Positions 26,572 through 35,944 of a stretch of DNA of 64,000 nt are shown here, piece after piece. The first letter of the stretch is position 1, and each line of letters begins with the position of its first letter. The position numbers and the translations under genes are program-made. The stretch is from Planctomycetota bacterium (GTDB lineage Bacteria > Planctomycetota > SZUA-567 > H5-PLA8). Below the pieces are notes generated by a model. It ran no database searches, had not been told where the DNA came from, and worked only from the letters and a program-made list of their open reading frames with translations. The stretch covers positions 18,834 to 82,833 of the forward strand of contig BTVV01000013.1 of NCBI GenBank assembly GCA_045863855.1. Direction: 5' to 3'.

Positions 26572-27351
26572 CTACGCGTGTTCGACGTACAACTCCCAGA
26601 TCCGCTTGTAGCACTTCATCCCCCACACTGCGTCGGCCGGCGTTGTCGGGCCGCCGCCTTCCCAACTCGTCCAGCCCTTGTAGCCGATCCCCTTGAGCAG
26701 CGTGAAGACTTCCTGCCACGGATAGCGCTTCGTATCCCAAAGCTCCTGCATATGCACGCAGCCAATACGATGCTTGAGCAGTTCGAAGTTCGCCTTCACG
26801 CTCCCGTTCGCGTCGGGCTCGCCGGGGTTGCAGTTCCACGTCACGTACGCGTTCGAGTGGTCGGCGTGGTCCATGATCGTGCGCATCCGGTCGGGACGCT
26901 GCGTGTCTTTTCCGTGCACTTCCAGCCAGACTTGCTGGCCCAAGTCCTTGCCCGCCGCCGCAACCTCCGCGACGCTCCGCCCAATCTGCGCCAGCGTCTT
27001 CGCTTCGGGGACTTCCGCCGGCAGCCCGTTGGGCCGCACCTTGATGCCTTCGCAACCGATGTCCGCGGCGAGTTGCAGATAGCGCTTGCTCGCCTCGATA
27101 TCCGCGCGCAGCTTCGTCTGGTCCGGCGTGTGGTAATCGAAAGCCGTGCCCAGGCCATAGCACTTCACCGGGGAATCCGCGAACTTCTTGCGAACCTCGG
27201 CCCGCTGGTCCTTCGTCAGCGATTCCTCGACGCCGTGCGCGTGCGTCGTGCGCAACTCCACGCCCGCGAAGCCGGCCGCCGCGCAGTTCTTGACGATCGT
27301 TTCGATGTCCCAGTGCTGCGCGACCTGATAGGTGACGAGTCCAAGTTTCAT
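26572..27351 (-). CDS. Sugar phosphate isomerase/epimerase (xylose isomerase-like TIM barrel)
   Basis: GFAGVELR, WLEVHG, CVHMQEL, GYKGW. Confidence 0.85.
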   Translation of the reverse strand: MKLGLVTYQVAQHWDIETIVKNCAAAGFAGVELRTTHAHGVEESLTKDQRAEVRKKFADSPVKCYGLGTAFDYHTPDQTKLRADIEASKRYLQLAADIGCEGIKVRPNGLPAEVPEAKTLAQIGRSVAEVAAAGKDLGQQVWLEVHGKDTQRPDRMRTIMDHADHSNAYVTWNCNPGEPDANGSVKANFELLKHRIGCVHMQELWDTKRYPWQEVFTLLKGIGYKGWTSWEGGGPTTPADAVWGMKCYKRIWELYVEHA

Positions 27352-27471
27352 GGCAAAGTCTCCTTGAAGCCGTACATTACGTTCGGATTGCCGAACTCGA
27401 ATGGCGAATTTAGCCGTGCAAAGCGCCGCAAAATAAGCGCGACTGGGTTAAACCTCCGCAATCCGAAATCC

Positions 27472-28611
27472 CTACGCCCCCACGCCCGCCAAGGCCTTGA
27501 AGCGCCGCGCGAGCTTCCACTTGCCTGCGGCCAGCTCGTCGAAAACCTCGTCCACCTGCGAGGGATCCAGCGGCAGGCGCATCGGCTTCTGCAGGAAATG
27601 ACTCAAGACCAGCGCATTGAAGAAGTGCACGGCCTCGCGCGCGCCTTCGGGGTCCACCAGCGGCTTGCGCCCGTCGCGTACGGCGAGTACGAAATCGCGC
27701 ACCAGCGAACCCGGCTCGAACGGTTCGGCCTCGGGAAAATCCTGCCAGGTCAGCCCCGGCTTCTTGGCGAACATCTCCGCCTCGTCGCCCGCGTCGTAGA
27801 AGTCGTACACGCCTCCGTCCAGCCGCCCCAGCTTGATCGGCTTTCCGAACTGGATCGCGCCACGCTCGGTCTCGTACTCGACGACGTTCGTCGGCGAAAA
27901 GCTCGAGACATTCGCGACGAACGTTCCCGTTGCGCCGTTGGCGTACTCCAGCGCGGCCGTGCAGGTGTCTTCCACCTCGTGATCGTGGAACAGGTTATCC
28001 AGCCGCGCGCGCACTTCGGCGACCTGCCCGGTCACGTTCAGCAGCGCGTCGATGTCGTGGATTGCCTGATTGATCAGGACGCCGCCGCCTTCGTACTTCC
28101 ATGTGCCGCGCCACGCGCCGGTTCGGTAATACTTGTTGTTGCGGACGCTGTTGCTGATGTAGGTCGCGCGCACCAGCGGGCCGAGTTCGCCGTTGCGCAT
28201 CACCTGGACCACGTGGCGCTGGGTGATCCGCTTCTGGTGATGGACGGTAAGCAGCTTTCCGGCCTTTTGGGCGGCGGCGAGCATCTTGTCGCATTCGCCG
28301 ATGCGGATCGCCATCGGCTTCTCGACCAGCACGTGCAAGCCGGCTTGCAGGGCCGCGGTTCCGAGGGGCTGATGCAGGAAGTGCGGCAGATTGAGCAGCA
28401 CCGCTTCGCACTGTCCGCTGGCAAAGAGCTTCTCGGCGTCGTTGAAGGCTTGCGCATTCGGGCAGAGTTTCTGGGCGTCTTCGACCGCCTTCGCGTTCAA
28501 GTCGCAGACCGCGGTGACTTCGGCTTCCGGCGTCTCGGCCGCGTTCTTCACGCGCCCCGCGCCCACGCCGCCGACGCCTACGATGCCCAGCCGGATTTTA
28601 CGCTGCCCCAT
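27472..28611 (-). CDS. Gfo/Idh/MocA oxidoreductase
   Basis: GIVGVGGVG, HVLVEKPMA, WRGTW..EGGGVLINQAIHDID. Confidence 0.92.
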   Translation of the reverse strand: MGQRKIRLGIVGVGGVGAGRVKNAAETPEAEVTAVCDLNAKAVEDAQKLCPNAQAFNDAEKLFASGQCEAVLLNLPHFLHQPLGTAALQAGLHVLVEKPMAIRIGECDKMLAAAQKAGKLLTVHHQKRITQRHVVQVMRNGELGPLVRATYISNSVRNNKYYRTGAWRGTWKYEGGGVLINQAIHDIDALLNVTGQVAEVRARLDNLFHDHEVEDTCTAALEYANGATGTFVANVSSFSPTNVVEYETERGAIQFGKPIKLGRLDGGVYDFYDAGDEAEMFAKKPGLTWQDFPEAEPFEPGSLVRDFVLAVRDGRKPLVDPEGAREAVHFFNALVLSHFLQKPMRLPLDPSQVDEVFDELAAGKWKLARRFKALAGVGA

Positions 28612-28738
28612 GCGCGGACTCCTTAAGAGAATGCGTCGCTCGCTTCTCGATCGCTATGAAGTCACTAAACCCCGCCGGCGCACGTGTGGGCCATGGGGCG
28701 AAGGGCTGAAAGGATGTGTTTTCCTGCTGTCTGGAGCG

Positions 28739-29632
28739 TCAGGTGGGCCAGATTTTGGTCACGCGCCAGTCGCTGGGCGCCAGTCCCGTCCACTTCTTGA
28801 ACTGCGCGCTGAAGTGGTACGGGTCGCCGAATCCGGTGCGCTGCGCGATTTCCTTCACGCTCAAGCGTTCCTGCCCGGCCAGAAGCGCGCACGCGCGTTC
28901 CATGCGCTTGCGCAGCAGCAGCGTCTTTGGCGCGACGCCCATGTAACGCCGGAACTGATGCGCGAAGTGGCTGGGCGACAGATTCGCGCGCCGCGCCAGC
29001 GCTTCCACGTCCAGCGCCGGATCGTCCAGGCCGCGGTCGAGCGTCTCCAGGACCGGCCACATCCAGCCCGGGCCGGAGCGCTTGGGATCGAAGCTCAGCC
29101 GCCGGGCTTGCGCCGCCGCTTCGAGCACCCGTGCGAGGAGTTGCACCAGCAGCGCTTTTGCGCGCAGCAGATCGAACGGATCGGCCTGCTTGCCGCCGCG
29201 GCCGCGCGCGACCAGTTCCTCGAAGACGCCTTGAATTTCCGCGCGCCGCGGCAGCGCCACGGCCAGCGGCAAGTCCAGCATGCGCAGCGGATCGAAGCCG
29301 CCGCGCCCCACCTGGAAGTGCGCGAAAAGGAGTTCCACTTCGCCTTCGCCCATACTGCGCTCGTGAAACGGCGCGCCCGGCGGCAGCAGCGCCATCGTTC
29401 CCGTCCGCGCCTTCACGGTCTTGTGCGCGAAGGTGTATTCCAGGCCGCCGCGCAGAATGAAATGGAAATCGTAATCGTCGAAGGCCGGCCGGCGCACGTC
29501 GCGCCCGGCGCGGTGCGTGGAATGCCCGAGGCCGTGGGAGAGTTCCACCCGCGCATGCGCGAGTTCCTCGCAAAGCCAGCGAGCGGGGTAGGGCGAGATA
29601 CTGGCCGGAGCGGCGTCTGGAGGTCGAGGCAT
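28739..29632 (-). CDS. AraC family transcriptional regulator
   Basis: Cupin N-terminus; LARRANLSPSHF..; IAQRTGFGDPYHFSAQFKK. Confidence 0.9.
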   Translation of the reverse strand: MPRPPDAAPASISPYPARWLCEELAHARVELSHGLGHSTHRAGRDVRRPAFDDYDFHFILRGGLEYTFAHKTVKARTGTMALLPPGAPFHERSMGEGEVELLFAHFQVGRGGFDPLRMLDLPLAVALPRRAEIQGVFEELVARGRGGKQADPFDLLRAKALLVQLLARVLEAAAQARRLSFDPKRSGPGWMWPVLETLDRGLDDPALDVEALARRANLSPSHFAHQFRRYMGVAPKTLLLRKRMERACALLAGQERLSVKEIAQRTGFGDPYHFSAQFKKWTGLAPSDWRVTKIWPT

Positions 29633-29656
29633 GCCGCGATTATACGCGGCGCCCCA

Positions 29657-30907
29657 CTACTTCTTCACGTTCTTGTAGCGGTAGACCAGCATGGTGGCTT
29701 TATTGTGATTGCTGTCGCCGGCCCGGTAGAAGAAATGGGCGTTTAGCGCGGCATCGTAAAAGCCATGCCAAAGCAGGTGCTTCAAGTTTTCGCCCTTGCC
29801 TGAAATGTCCGGGGTCGAGTCGCCCATATCGGTCCAGCGGTTGGCTTCCGGATCGTACACGGCGATCGGACCGTTGCTCTGATGCCACAGGACGACTCCA
29901 TTGGCGGCATCGAAGTAAAGCTGCGCATTGTTGGTGGCGCCCAGTTGCTCCGGCTGGCCTTCGGCCTTGATTTCCGTCCACGTTCCGAGCTTCACGTCGT
30001 AGCAGGCAAAGCTATTGCCTTTGGCCACGTAGACGCGTTCGCGCTTCGAGTCGAAGCAGCCGTTGGAATCGATTTTGGATATCGAAGCAGGCACTTTGGC
30101 GCCCGCCGTCCATGTGTTGGTGGCGTAGTCGTAGAACCAAGTGGTGCCTTGGTGCGTGTACAGCGTCTTCTTGAGGGAAGGGATGTACTCTGCGACGCCT
30201 TCGAAACGCCCGCCAGGGCCGGCTCCTTCTACGTACGTGCGCTCCCATTTATTCGCCGCCACGTTCCAGAGCAGCGGATGCTTGGTCAACGGAAGGACGG
30301 CGCCGACGTTTCCGTAAGTCTGCTTCTCCTTGGGAACATCCAGCCAATCCCAGCGCTGCGGTACGGCTTTGCCCCACCAAGGGCACTGCGTCCACATGAT
30401 GTGGTAGAGCTTCAAGTCCGTGTTGTAAGTGGTGTTGTTGTAGGCGTGCGAGAGGTACGAGATGGGAATGTCCTCGCCGTCCTCGGTGACTTCGAAGCCG
30501 TGCTTATCCAGCTTGAGTTTGGTTTCCTTATTCGCGCCGGGGTACAAGCAGATCCACTTGTGCGCGAGGGCGTCGTAAAACCACAGGTCGTCCATGTAGC
30601 GGCCGTCGGATTTCACGGCTCCGTGAACGCCGGTGCCGCAGAAGAACGCGCCGCCTAAGTCCGGCGCCGCGGCCATCTTCGAACACCAGGCTCGCCCGCG
30701 AGCGATGCCTTCTTGACCCCAGCGGGTATCGGCTTCGGGGCAGCCCAGGTTCAGCCATGCGTTGTCGCCCAGGGCTCTGATCTTTTCGATGTGCGGACCG
30801 GGTTTGGACGGCAACTCGGCCAAGGGGTTGGTGGAACTGCTTTCGCCGGCGGAGAGCAGACTCGCCAGGCACCACGCCGCCAGCAACGCCATCGGAATCG
30901 ATTTCAT
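29657..30907 (-). CDS. Secreted Kelch-like beta-propeller protein
   Basis: Signal peptide; repeated YD....W motifs. Confidence 0.7.
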   Translation of the reverse strand: MKSIPMALLAAWCLASLLSAGESSSTNPLAELPSKPGPHIEKIRALGDNAWLNLGCPEADTRWGQEGIARGRAWCSKMAAAPDLGGAFFCGTGVHGAVKSDGRYMDDLWFYDALAHKWICLYPGANKETKLKLDKHGFEVTEDGEDIPISYLSHAYNNTTYNTDLKLYHIMWTQCPWWGKAVPQRWDWLDVPKEKQTYGNVGAVLPLTKHPLLWNVAANKWERTYVEGAGPGGRFEGVAEYIPSLKKTLYTHQGTTWFYDYATNTWTAGAKVPASISKIDSNGCFDSKRERVYVAKGNSFACYDVKLGTWTEIKAEGQPEQLGATNNAQLYFDAANGVVLWHQSNGPIAVYDPEANRWTDMGDSTPDISGKGENLKHLLWHGFYDAALNAHFFYRAGDSNHNKATMLVYRYKNVKK

Positions 30908-32142
30908 ACGTGCTCCTTTGCTTTCACGTTTTCGGCAAGTCCTTCGGTATGCGCAAGATACCGAGTCGGCACGCCCACGCGGACCGTAGGCCGGTGCGGT
31001 TGCTGCAAGCGCGCGAGCGCCAAGGCCGCGCCGATGCGGCCGAGTTCCACGCCGTCGATGCGGATCGCGTGGGCGGCGCCGCGCGGGAGCCGTTCGGCGG
31101 CGCCGGCGGCTTCCAGGCTAAGTCCATGATCGGCGCAGGCTTGTTGCAGCGCCTCGGCTTGATCCAGGTTGAAGCAGATTAACGCTTCGGGGCGTTCGGT
31201 ATCCGGTTGTTGCGCCCAGCTTTGCGCCAAGTTCGCGGCTTCGCGAGCGCCGACATCAAGCCGATGAATCCAATCTTCGCGCACGGGCAGGTTGAGTTCG
31301 TCCATCGCGACGCGGTAGGCGTGCTGGCGGCGGACGCTGTCGGGCTCGACGCGCGTATGGGTGCGGACAAATGCGTTTAGTGCCGCGCCGTTCAGGGTTT
31401 CGGAAGGCGCCGGCGCTCCGATGACGCCACCCACGTAGTGGATGCGCCGCAAGCCTTGTGCTGCGAACGCTTGCACCGCCGCGCGATAGCCGTCCAGCGG
31501 ATCGACGCAAACCTGATCGGCGCGACCGGCGCAGCGCGCGTCGTCGAAGTCCAGCAGGACCGTGGGAAGCTTAAGCTCCAGCAGGCTTTCCAAGTACGCC
31601 TGCTCGACGACGTTGACCGTGATCAGGGCGTCGAAGCCTCCCGCGCGCACGGCCTCCAGCGGCGGATGCCGCGGATGCACCGGCAACGCTTCGCCCAAGG
31701 CTTCAAGCGTAAGCCCGCGCGCCGGAGCGTCCCAGACGGCGCGCGTAAACGCGGCTTCGTTCGGAACGCTCCAACTGGGAGCAACATTCGACAGGTTCCA
31801 GGCTTCCAGGACGCCACGCGTAAGCGCGCCCCACCAGGATTGAACTAAGCGCTCGGGGCGCACCGAGACGGGCCAGAGCAGCCCGACGCGCAGATGCCGC
31901 CCGGGCAGCAGCGGCGGCGCTTGGCGGTCGGCGACGTACGTTCCGCTGCCGCGACGCCGGACAATCAAGCCCTCGGCGACCAACTCACGCAGCGCGCGGC
32001 TTACCGTCAGGGCGTTAACGTGAAGGCTGCGCGCGAGTTCCAACTCGGTCGGCAGGCGGCTTCCGGCGGGGTAGGCCGTACCCTTAAGGAGGCGCCGGAG
32101 ATGCTCCAGGACGCGGGCGTGTTTGGGGGCATGGGTATCCAT
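30904..32142 (-). CDS. GntR-type HTH regulator with periplasmic-binding-like domain
   Basis: LPTELELA..TVSRALREL..RRRGSGTYV. Confidence 0.85.
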   Translation of the reverse strand: MDTHAPKHARVLEHLRRLLKGTAYPAGSRLPTELELARSLHVNALTVSRALRELVAEGLIVRRRGSGTYVADRQAPPLLPGRHLRVGLLWPVSVRPERLVQSWWGALTRGVLEAWNLSNVAPSWSVPNEAAFTRAVWDAPARGLTLEALGEALPVHPRHPPLEAVRAGGFDALITVNVVEQAYLESLLELKLPTVLLDFDDARCAGRADQVCVDPLDGYRAAVQAFAAQGLRRIHYVGGVIGAPAPSETLNGAALNAFVRTHTRVEPDSVRRQHAYRVAMDELNLPVREDWIHRLDVGAREAANLAQSWAQQPDTERPEALICFNLDQAEALQQACADHGLSLEAAGAAERLPRGAAHAIRIDGVELGRIGAALALARLQQPHRPTVRVGVPTRYLAHTEGLAENVKAKEHV

Positions 32143-32171
32143 ACCTCCCTGCGTACACCGCTCAAAAGCAC

Positions 32172-32198
32172 AGTAATGTAATTATTATAAACATTACT
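32172..32198. promoter_or_regulatory. Perfect inverted repeat, candidate operator
   Basis: AGTAATGT-N11-ACATTACT in the AT-rich spacer between divergent GntR and PhyH genes. Confidence 0.55.
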
Positions 32199-32349
32199 AA
32201 AATTGAATCCGAAAGTCGGCGGCGTACGCGCAAGATATGATCGAATTATCCACCATATGATCGATGAGCCTCCTTACCATGGGTGCTTCCGAGGGGTATG
32301 CTGGTCTATCGATGATCGATTCGTCGGATTACCCGGAGCACGCGCGTCC

Positions 32350-33246
32350 ATGAAGCTCAGCACCAAGCAGGTCGAATCCTACCGCGAGAACGGTTTCCTG
32401 ATTGTCGAGGGCCTCGTTTCGCGCTCCGAACTCCAGGAACTTAAAGAAGATACGCTCAAGCTTTGCCGCGGCGAGTACCCCCATCCGGCCTTCCCGCCGC
32501 TCCCGGCGAACCTCACCGACAACGAGGTGCTCGAGCATTACCTTTGCCTGCATCAGGTTCACCGAATCAGTCCGGTGATGATGAAGTACATCGCGCATCC
32601 GGGCATGGCGCAGGTCTTGAGTCAGATCGTCGCGCCCGACGTAAAGTGCATGCAGTCCATGCTTTTCGTGAAGCCGCCGGATTTCCCCGGCCAGGCGTGG
32701 CATCAGGACGAGCTGTACATCCCGACGCGGGATCGTTCGTTGACCGGCGGCTGGATCGCCATCGACGAGGCGACGAAGGCCAACGGCTGCCTGTGGGTCG
32801 TGCCTGGAAGTCACCGCACGGGCTACCTTTGGCCGCAGAAGGCGCACGAGCAGCCGGACGAATTCGACTTCGCTCCGATGAGCTACGGGTTCGACGAGCG
32901 CGAGGAGATTCCCGTCGAGGTGCCGGCCGGGTCGGCGGTCTTCTTCAACGGCTACACGCTGCATCGCAGCCGGCGGAACCGATCGAACATCTATCGCCGC
33001 GTGCTGGTGAACCACTACATGAACGCGTATTCGCTGCTGCCGTGGAACATCCCGGTTCCGCAACAGCCGGTGCCGAAGCACGTTAGCGCCGGGCAGGCCG
33101 ATTTCCGCGACGTGATCATGGTCGCGGGGAAAGACCCGTACGAGTGGAAGGGCTACACGCGCGAGAACGGTGCGTACGCGCGGCCGTGCGAGAAGATCAA
33201 AAAGCGCCAGGCTGCGGAGAAGCAACTCGCCGGCGCCAGCAAGTAA
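32350..33246 (+). CDS. PhyH-family dioxygenase
   Basis: YRENGF, KPP..PGQAWHQD, NGCLWVVPGSH, LHRS..N.S..RR. Confidence 0.92.
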   Translation: MKLSTKQVESYRENGFLIVEGLVSRSELQELKEDTLKLCRGEYPHPAFPPLPANLTDNEVLEHYLCLHQVHRISPVMMKYIAHPGMAQVLSQIVAPDVKCMQSMLFVKPPDFPGQAWHQDELYIPTRDRSLTGGWIAIDEATKANGCLWVVPGSHRTGYLWPQKAHEQPDEFDFAPMSYGFDEREEIPVEVPAGSAVFFNGYTLHRSRRNRSNIYRRVLVNHYMNAYSLLPWNIPVPQQPVPKHVSAGQADFRDVIMVAGKDPYEWKGYTRENGAYARPCEKIKKRQAAEKQLAGASK

Positions 33247-33276
33247 ACCGAGGCCTCGCTTCAGGAGTTATACGCC

Positions 33277-34026
33277 ATGGCAAACCTCGATCCGAAAACC
33301 GTTTACGACCGCGATGGGTATTATGTCGCGCGCGGGGTCTTCACGCCTGAGGAAGCGCGGGCGCTGCGCGAGCACTTTATGCGGCGGCGCGCGGAAGGGC
33401 CGAAACCCGGCGATCTGGGCGGGAATCCCAAGAGCGGCGAGAAGGATCCGCTCAATGCGTATCCGCGCATGATCAACATGCATCCGTGGGACGAGACAAC
33501 GAACACGCTTTGGCAAGACCCGCGCCTGAAAGACCTTGCGGCGAAGCTGGTGGGCGATGCGGTGGAGTTGAAGCAGACGATGCTGTACTTCAAGCCGCCG
33601 GGCGGGCGCGGGCAGGGCTTGCACCAGGACTGCCAGTACATCCAGCAGAAGCCGCTGATCGGCGTTTGGGTGGCGCTCGACGATTGCGACGCGGCCAACG
33701 GGCAGATGGTGGTCGTGCCGGGGAGCCACAAGCTGGGTCTGCAAGAAGTGACAAGTGCCGACGAGTCCAAGAGTTTCGTTGGCGGGCAGACCGTATTGCC
33801 CGAGGGTTGCCGCGAAGCGGGCGTGCCGATGGCGGCCGGCGACGTGCTCTTTTTCGACGGCTTCACGATCCACGGGAGTTACAACAACACGACGGCCGAC
33901 CGCTTCCGGCGGAGCTTCATCGTTCATTACGTCGGGGCGCACGCGGAGAAGCTGGTCGCGGACGAGAAGCAGCACATGAGCTACGTGCGCAAGCAGGTCT
34001 TGGAGAAGCAAAAGGTAGGCGCGTAA
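33277..34026 (+). CDS. PhyH-family dioxygenase
   Basis: KPPGGRGQGLHQD, WVALDD..NGQMVVVPGSH, IHGS..N..RFRRS. Confidence 0.92.
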   Translation: MANLDPKTVYDRDGYYVARGVFTPEEARALREHFMRRRAEGPKPGDLGGNPKSGEKDPLNAYPRMINMHPWDETTNTLWQDPRLKDLAAKLVGDAVELKQTMLYFKPPGGRGQGLHQDCQYIQQKPLIGVWVALDDCDAANGQMVVVPGSHKLGLQEVTSADESKSFVGGQTVLPEGCREAGVPMAAGDVLFFDGFTIHGSYNNTTADRFRRSFIVHYVGAHAEKLVADEKQHMSYVRKQVLEKQKVGA

Positions 34027-34098
34027 GGAGTTAAGCGAAGGCGCGCAGACGGGAGCGTCCGCGGTTCGCGCAGCCGAACGCCGGGCTGCAATTAACAC

Positions 34099-34126
34099 TT
34101 GTATCCGCCTCGCTTTAAGCTATCTT
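34099..34126 (+). promoter_or_regulatory. Putative sigma70 promoter of rplC
   Basis: TTGTAT-N16-TATCTT about 130 nt upstream of the ATG. Confidence 0.5.
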
Positions 34127-34258
34127 CCCCGCTTCGTTTTGAGCACGTCCCCGCGGCCCCTGTGAGTGGCCATATGGACTGCTGCTCGGGGCTAAGGGCC
34201 GGCGCCGCGCGAGTTTAGCTTTCGCCGCCGCGATCCCACGGATGCAAGGAGTCAGACG

Positions 34259-34936
34259 ATGTCTTCCGCCACAGGTATTCTCGGCCGCAAGGTCGGCATG
34301 ACTCAGGTTTTCAACGAAGCGGGCTTGCGCGTGGGCGTGACGGTCCTGGAAGTCGGCCCGTGCAAGGTCTTGCAGGTCAAGGACGTCGAGAACGACGGCT
34401 ACTTTGCGCTGCAGTTGGGCTTCGGCGAGAAGAAGGAAAAGAACACGTCGAAGCCGTTGCAGGGGCATTTCGCGAAGGCCGGCGCAAAGCCGGCTCCGTA
34501 CGTCGGCGAGATTCGTCTCGCGGCGGCGGCCGAAGACAAGCAGGGCGAAGAGGTTACGGTTTCGATTTTCGAAGGCGTGCAGAAGGTGGACGTGACGGGC
34601 ACGAGCAAGGGCAAGGGCTTCGCCGGCACGATCAAGCGTTACAACTTCCAGCGGCAGCGTGCGACGCACGGTAACAGCAAGAACCACCGGACGTTAGGTT
34701 CGCTGGGCCGGCACATGTCGATCAACAAGGGCGTGCCGAAGGGCAAGAAGATGCCCGGGCACATGGGTAACGCGAAGGTGACGGTGCAAGGCTTGAAGGT
34801 CGTTAAGATCGATCCGGACAACCACTTACTGCTGATCGAAGGCGCGGTTCCCGGCCCGAACGGGGGCTTCGTCGTGGTGAACAAGTCGATCCAAGAGAAG
34901 GTGCGGAAGGACAAGGAAAAGCGCCCGAAGTACTAA
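34259..34936 (+). CDS. rplC: 50S ribosomal protein L3, stand-alone
   Basis: GILGRKVGMTQVF, DGY.ALQLGF, VDVTGTSKGKGFAGTIKR, KGKKMPGHMG, GAVPGP; AAGGAG RBS. Confidence 0.97.
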   Translation: MSSATGILGRKVGMTQVFNEAGLRVGVTVLEVGPCKVLQVKDVENDGYFALQLGFGEKKEKNTSKPLQGHFAKAGAKPAPYVGEIRLAAAAEDKQGEEVTVSIFEGVQKVDVTGTSKGKGFAGTIKRYNFQRQRATHGNSKNHRTLGSLGRHMSINKGVPKGKKMPGHMGNAKVTVQGLKVVKIDPDNHLLLIEGAVPGPNGGFVVVNKSIQEKVRKDKEKRPKY

Positions 34937-34963
34937 GCCAGGAATTTCCGAAGATTCTGCTCG

Positions 34964-34996
34964 AACGGGCCGGAAGAAATTCCGGCCCGTTTTTTT
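34964..34996 (+). terminator. Rho-independent terminator after rplC
   Basis: AACGGGCCGGAA-gaaa-TTCCGGCCCGTT plus T-run. Confidence 0.9.
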
Positions 34997-35092
34997 ATGC
35001 TTAAACCGCACGAGTGCTGCTCGAAGTGAGTTACGCAAAGTGTATGGCCGAGGAAGCTATACGAGGCGCTATATTTGCGCCACGTCGTGCGC

Positions 35093-35163
35093 TAAGTGTA
35101 AAAGTGTAAAGCGTAAGTGTAAAGTGTAAGGCTAACTTTACACTTAGGTTTACACTTTTTTTT
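35093..35163. repeat. AAGTGTAA array: five direct copies (one variant) then two inverted TTACACTT
   Basis: Direct copies at 35094, 35102, 35109 (AAGCGTAA), 35115, 35122; inverted copies at 35138 and 35150. Confidence 0.85.
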
Positions 35164-35244
35164 GACGCGGTTCGAGCGTGACAAAAGGCGCGAACCGGGT
35201 CGAATGGGTTCGAAAAAAGGCGCGTCCTTCCGTGACCTTCCGCG

Positions 35245-35832
35245 TCAGGGGTGCGGGGGAGGGGGTTGGGGCGCGTCGGCTCGAATGACGACCCAACGGG
35301 CGATGCGCGGGCAGCACAGAAAGACCAGCAGCAGGAGGAAGAGCTGGCCATACGGCGTAAAAAGGAAGAGCCAGAGCGGGTACCACCAGAAGACCGCATG
35401 CGCATCCACGCCTATATCCAAGTAATCGACGCCACCGCGTCGATTCAGGTACTGCCATTTCAGGTTCAACAGCATGACCCACGAGCCTCCGAAGGCGGCG
35501 GGGATTAAAACGCAAAGCGTAATAAGACGCCGGCTTGAGTCCGCCGTTCGATTACGCGCCAATAAGCGCAGGCCGATCAGCCACCAGATCGCGAGCAGCG
35601 TCCAAATAATCAGCAGTCCGATGAATAGCGGAGTATGGGCGTTCCGATCGATCAGTGGCCAAGCAAATAACCATGCGGCCGCGAACATTTCGACGGTCAA
35701 TCCGTAGAATTCGGTGACGCGAAACTGGACCTTGGCCTGAGGGGCCACAGGCTTTAGCCACATCGGCGCGAGCACGGCCGCCCCACAGACATGCGCGAGG
35801 GCCAAGGTCCACAAGAAGTCAAGGATGGGCAT
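35245..35832 (-). CDS. Integral membrane protein of unknown function
   Basis: About 5 TM segments; start uncertain. Confidence 0.55.
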   Translation of the reverse strand: MPILDFLWTLALAHVCGAAVLAPMWLKPVAPQAKVQFRVTEFYGLTVEMFAAAWLFAWPLIDRNAHTPLFIGLLIIWTLLAIWWLIGLRLLARNRTADSSRRLITLCVLIPAAFGGSWVMLLNLKWQYLNRRGGVDYLDIGVDAHAVFWWYPLWLFLFTPYGQLFLLLLVFLCCPRIARWVVIRADAPQPPPPHP

Positions 35833-35944
35833 TCCGGAGCTCCGCGAACTTCGCCGGTGCGGTCTTGTGAAGGCCGTGCAAACCCATAATATAGCGGTAG
35901 GTACATGCAGGGGAAATCCCACTACGGGGCGGCCGATTGAGCAT

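Noticed and set aside
35093..35163. CRISPR array
   Set aside because: 8-nt units without unique spacers, and no cas genes
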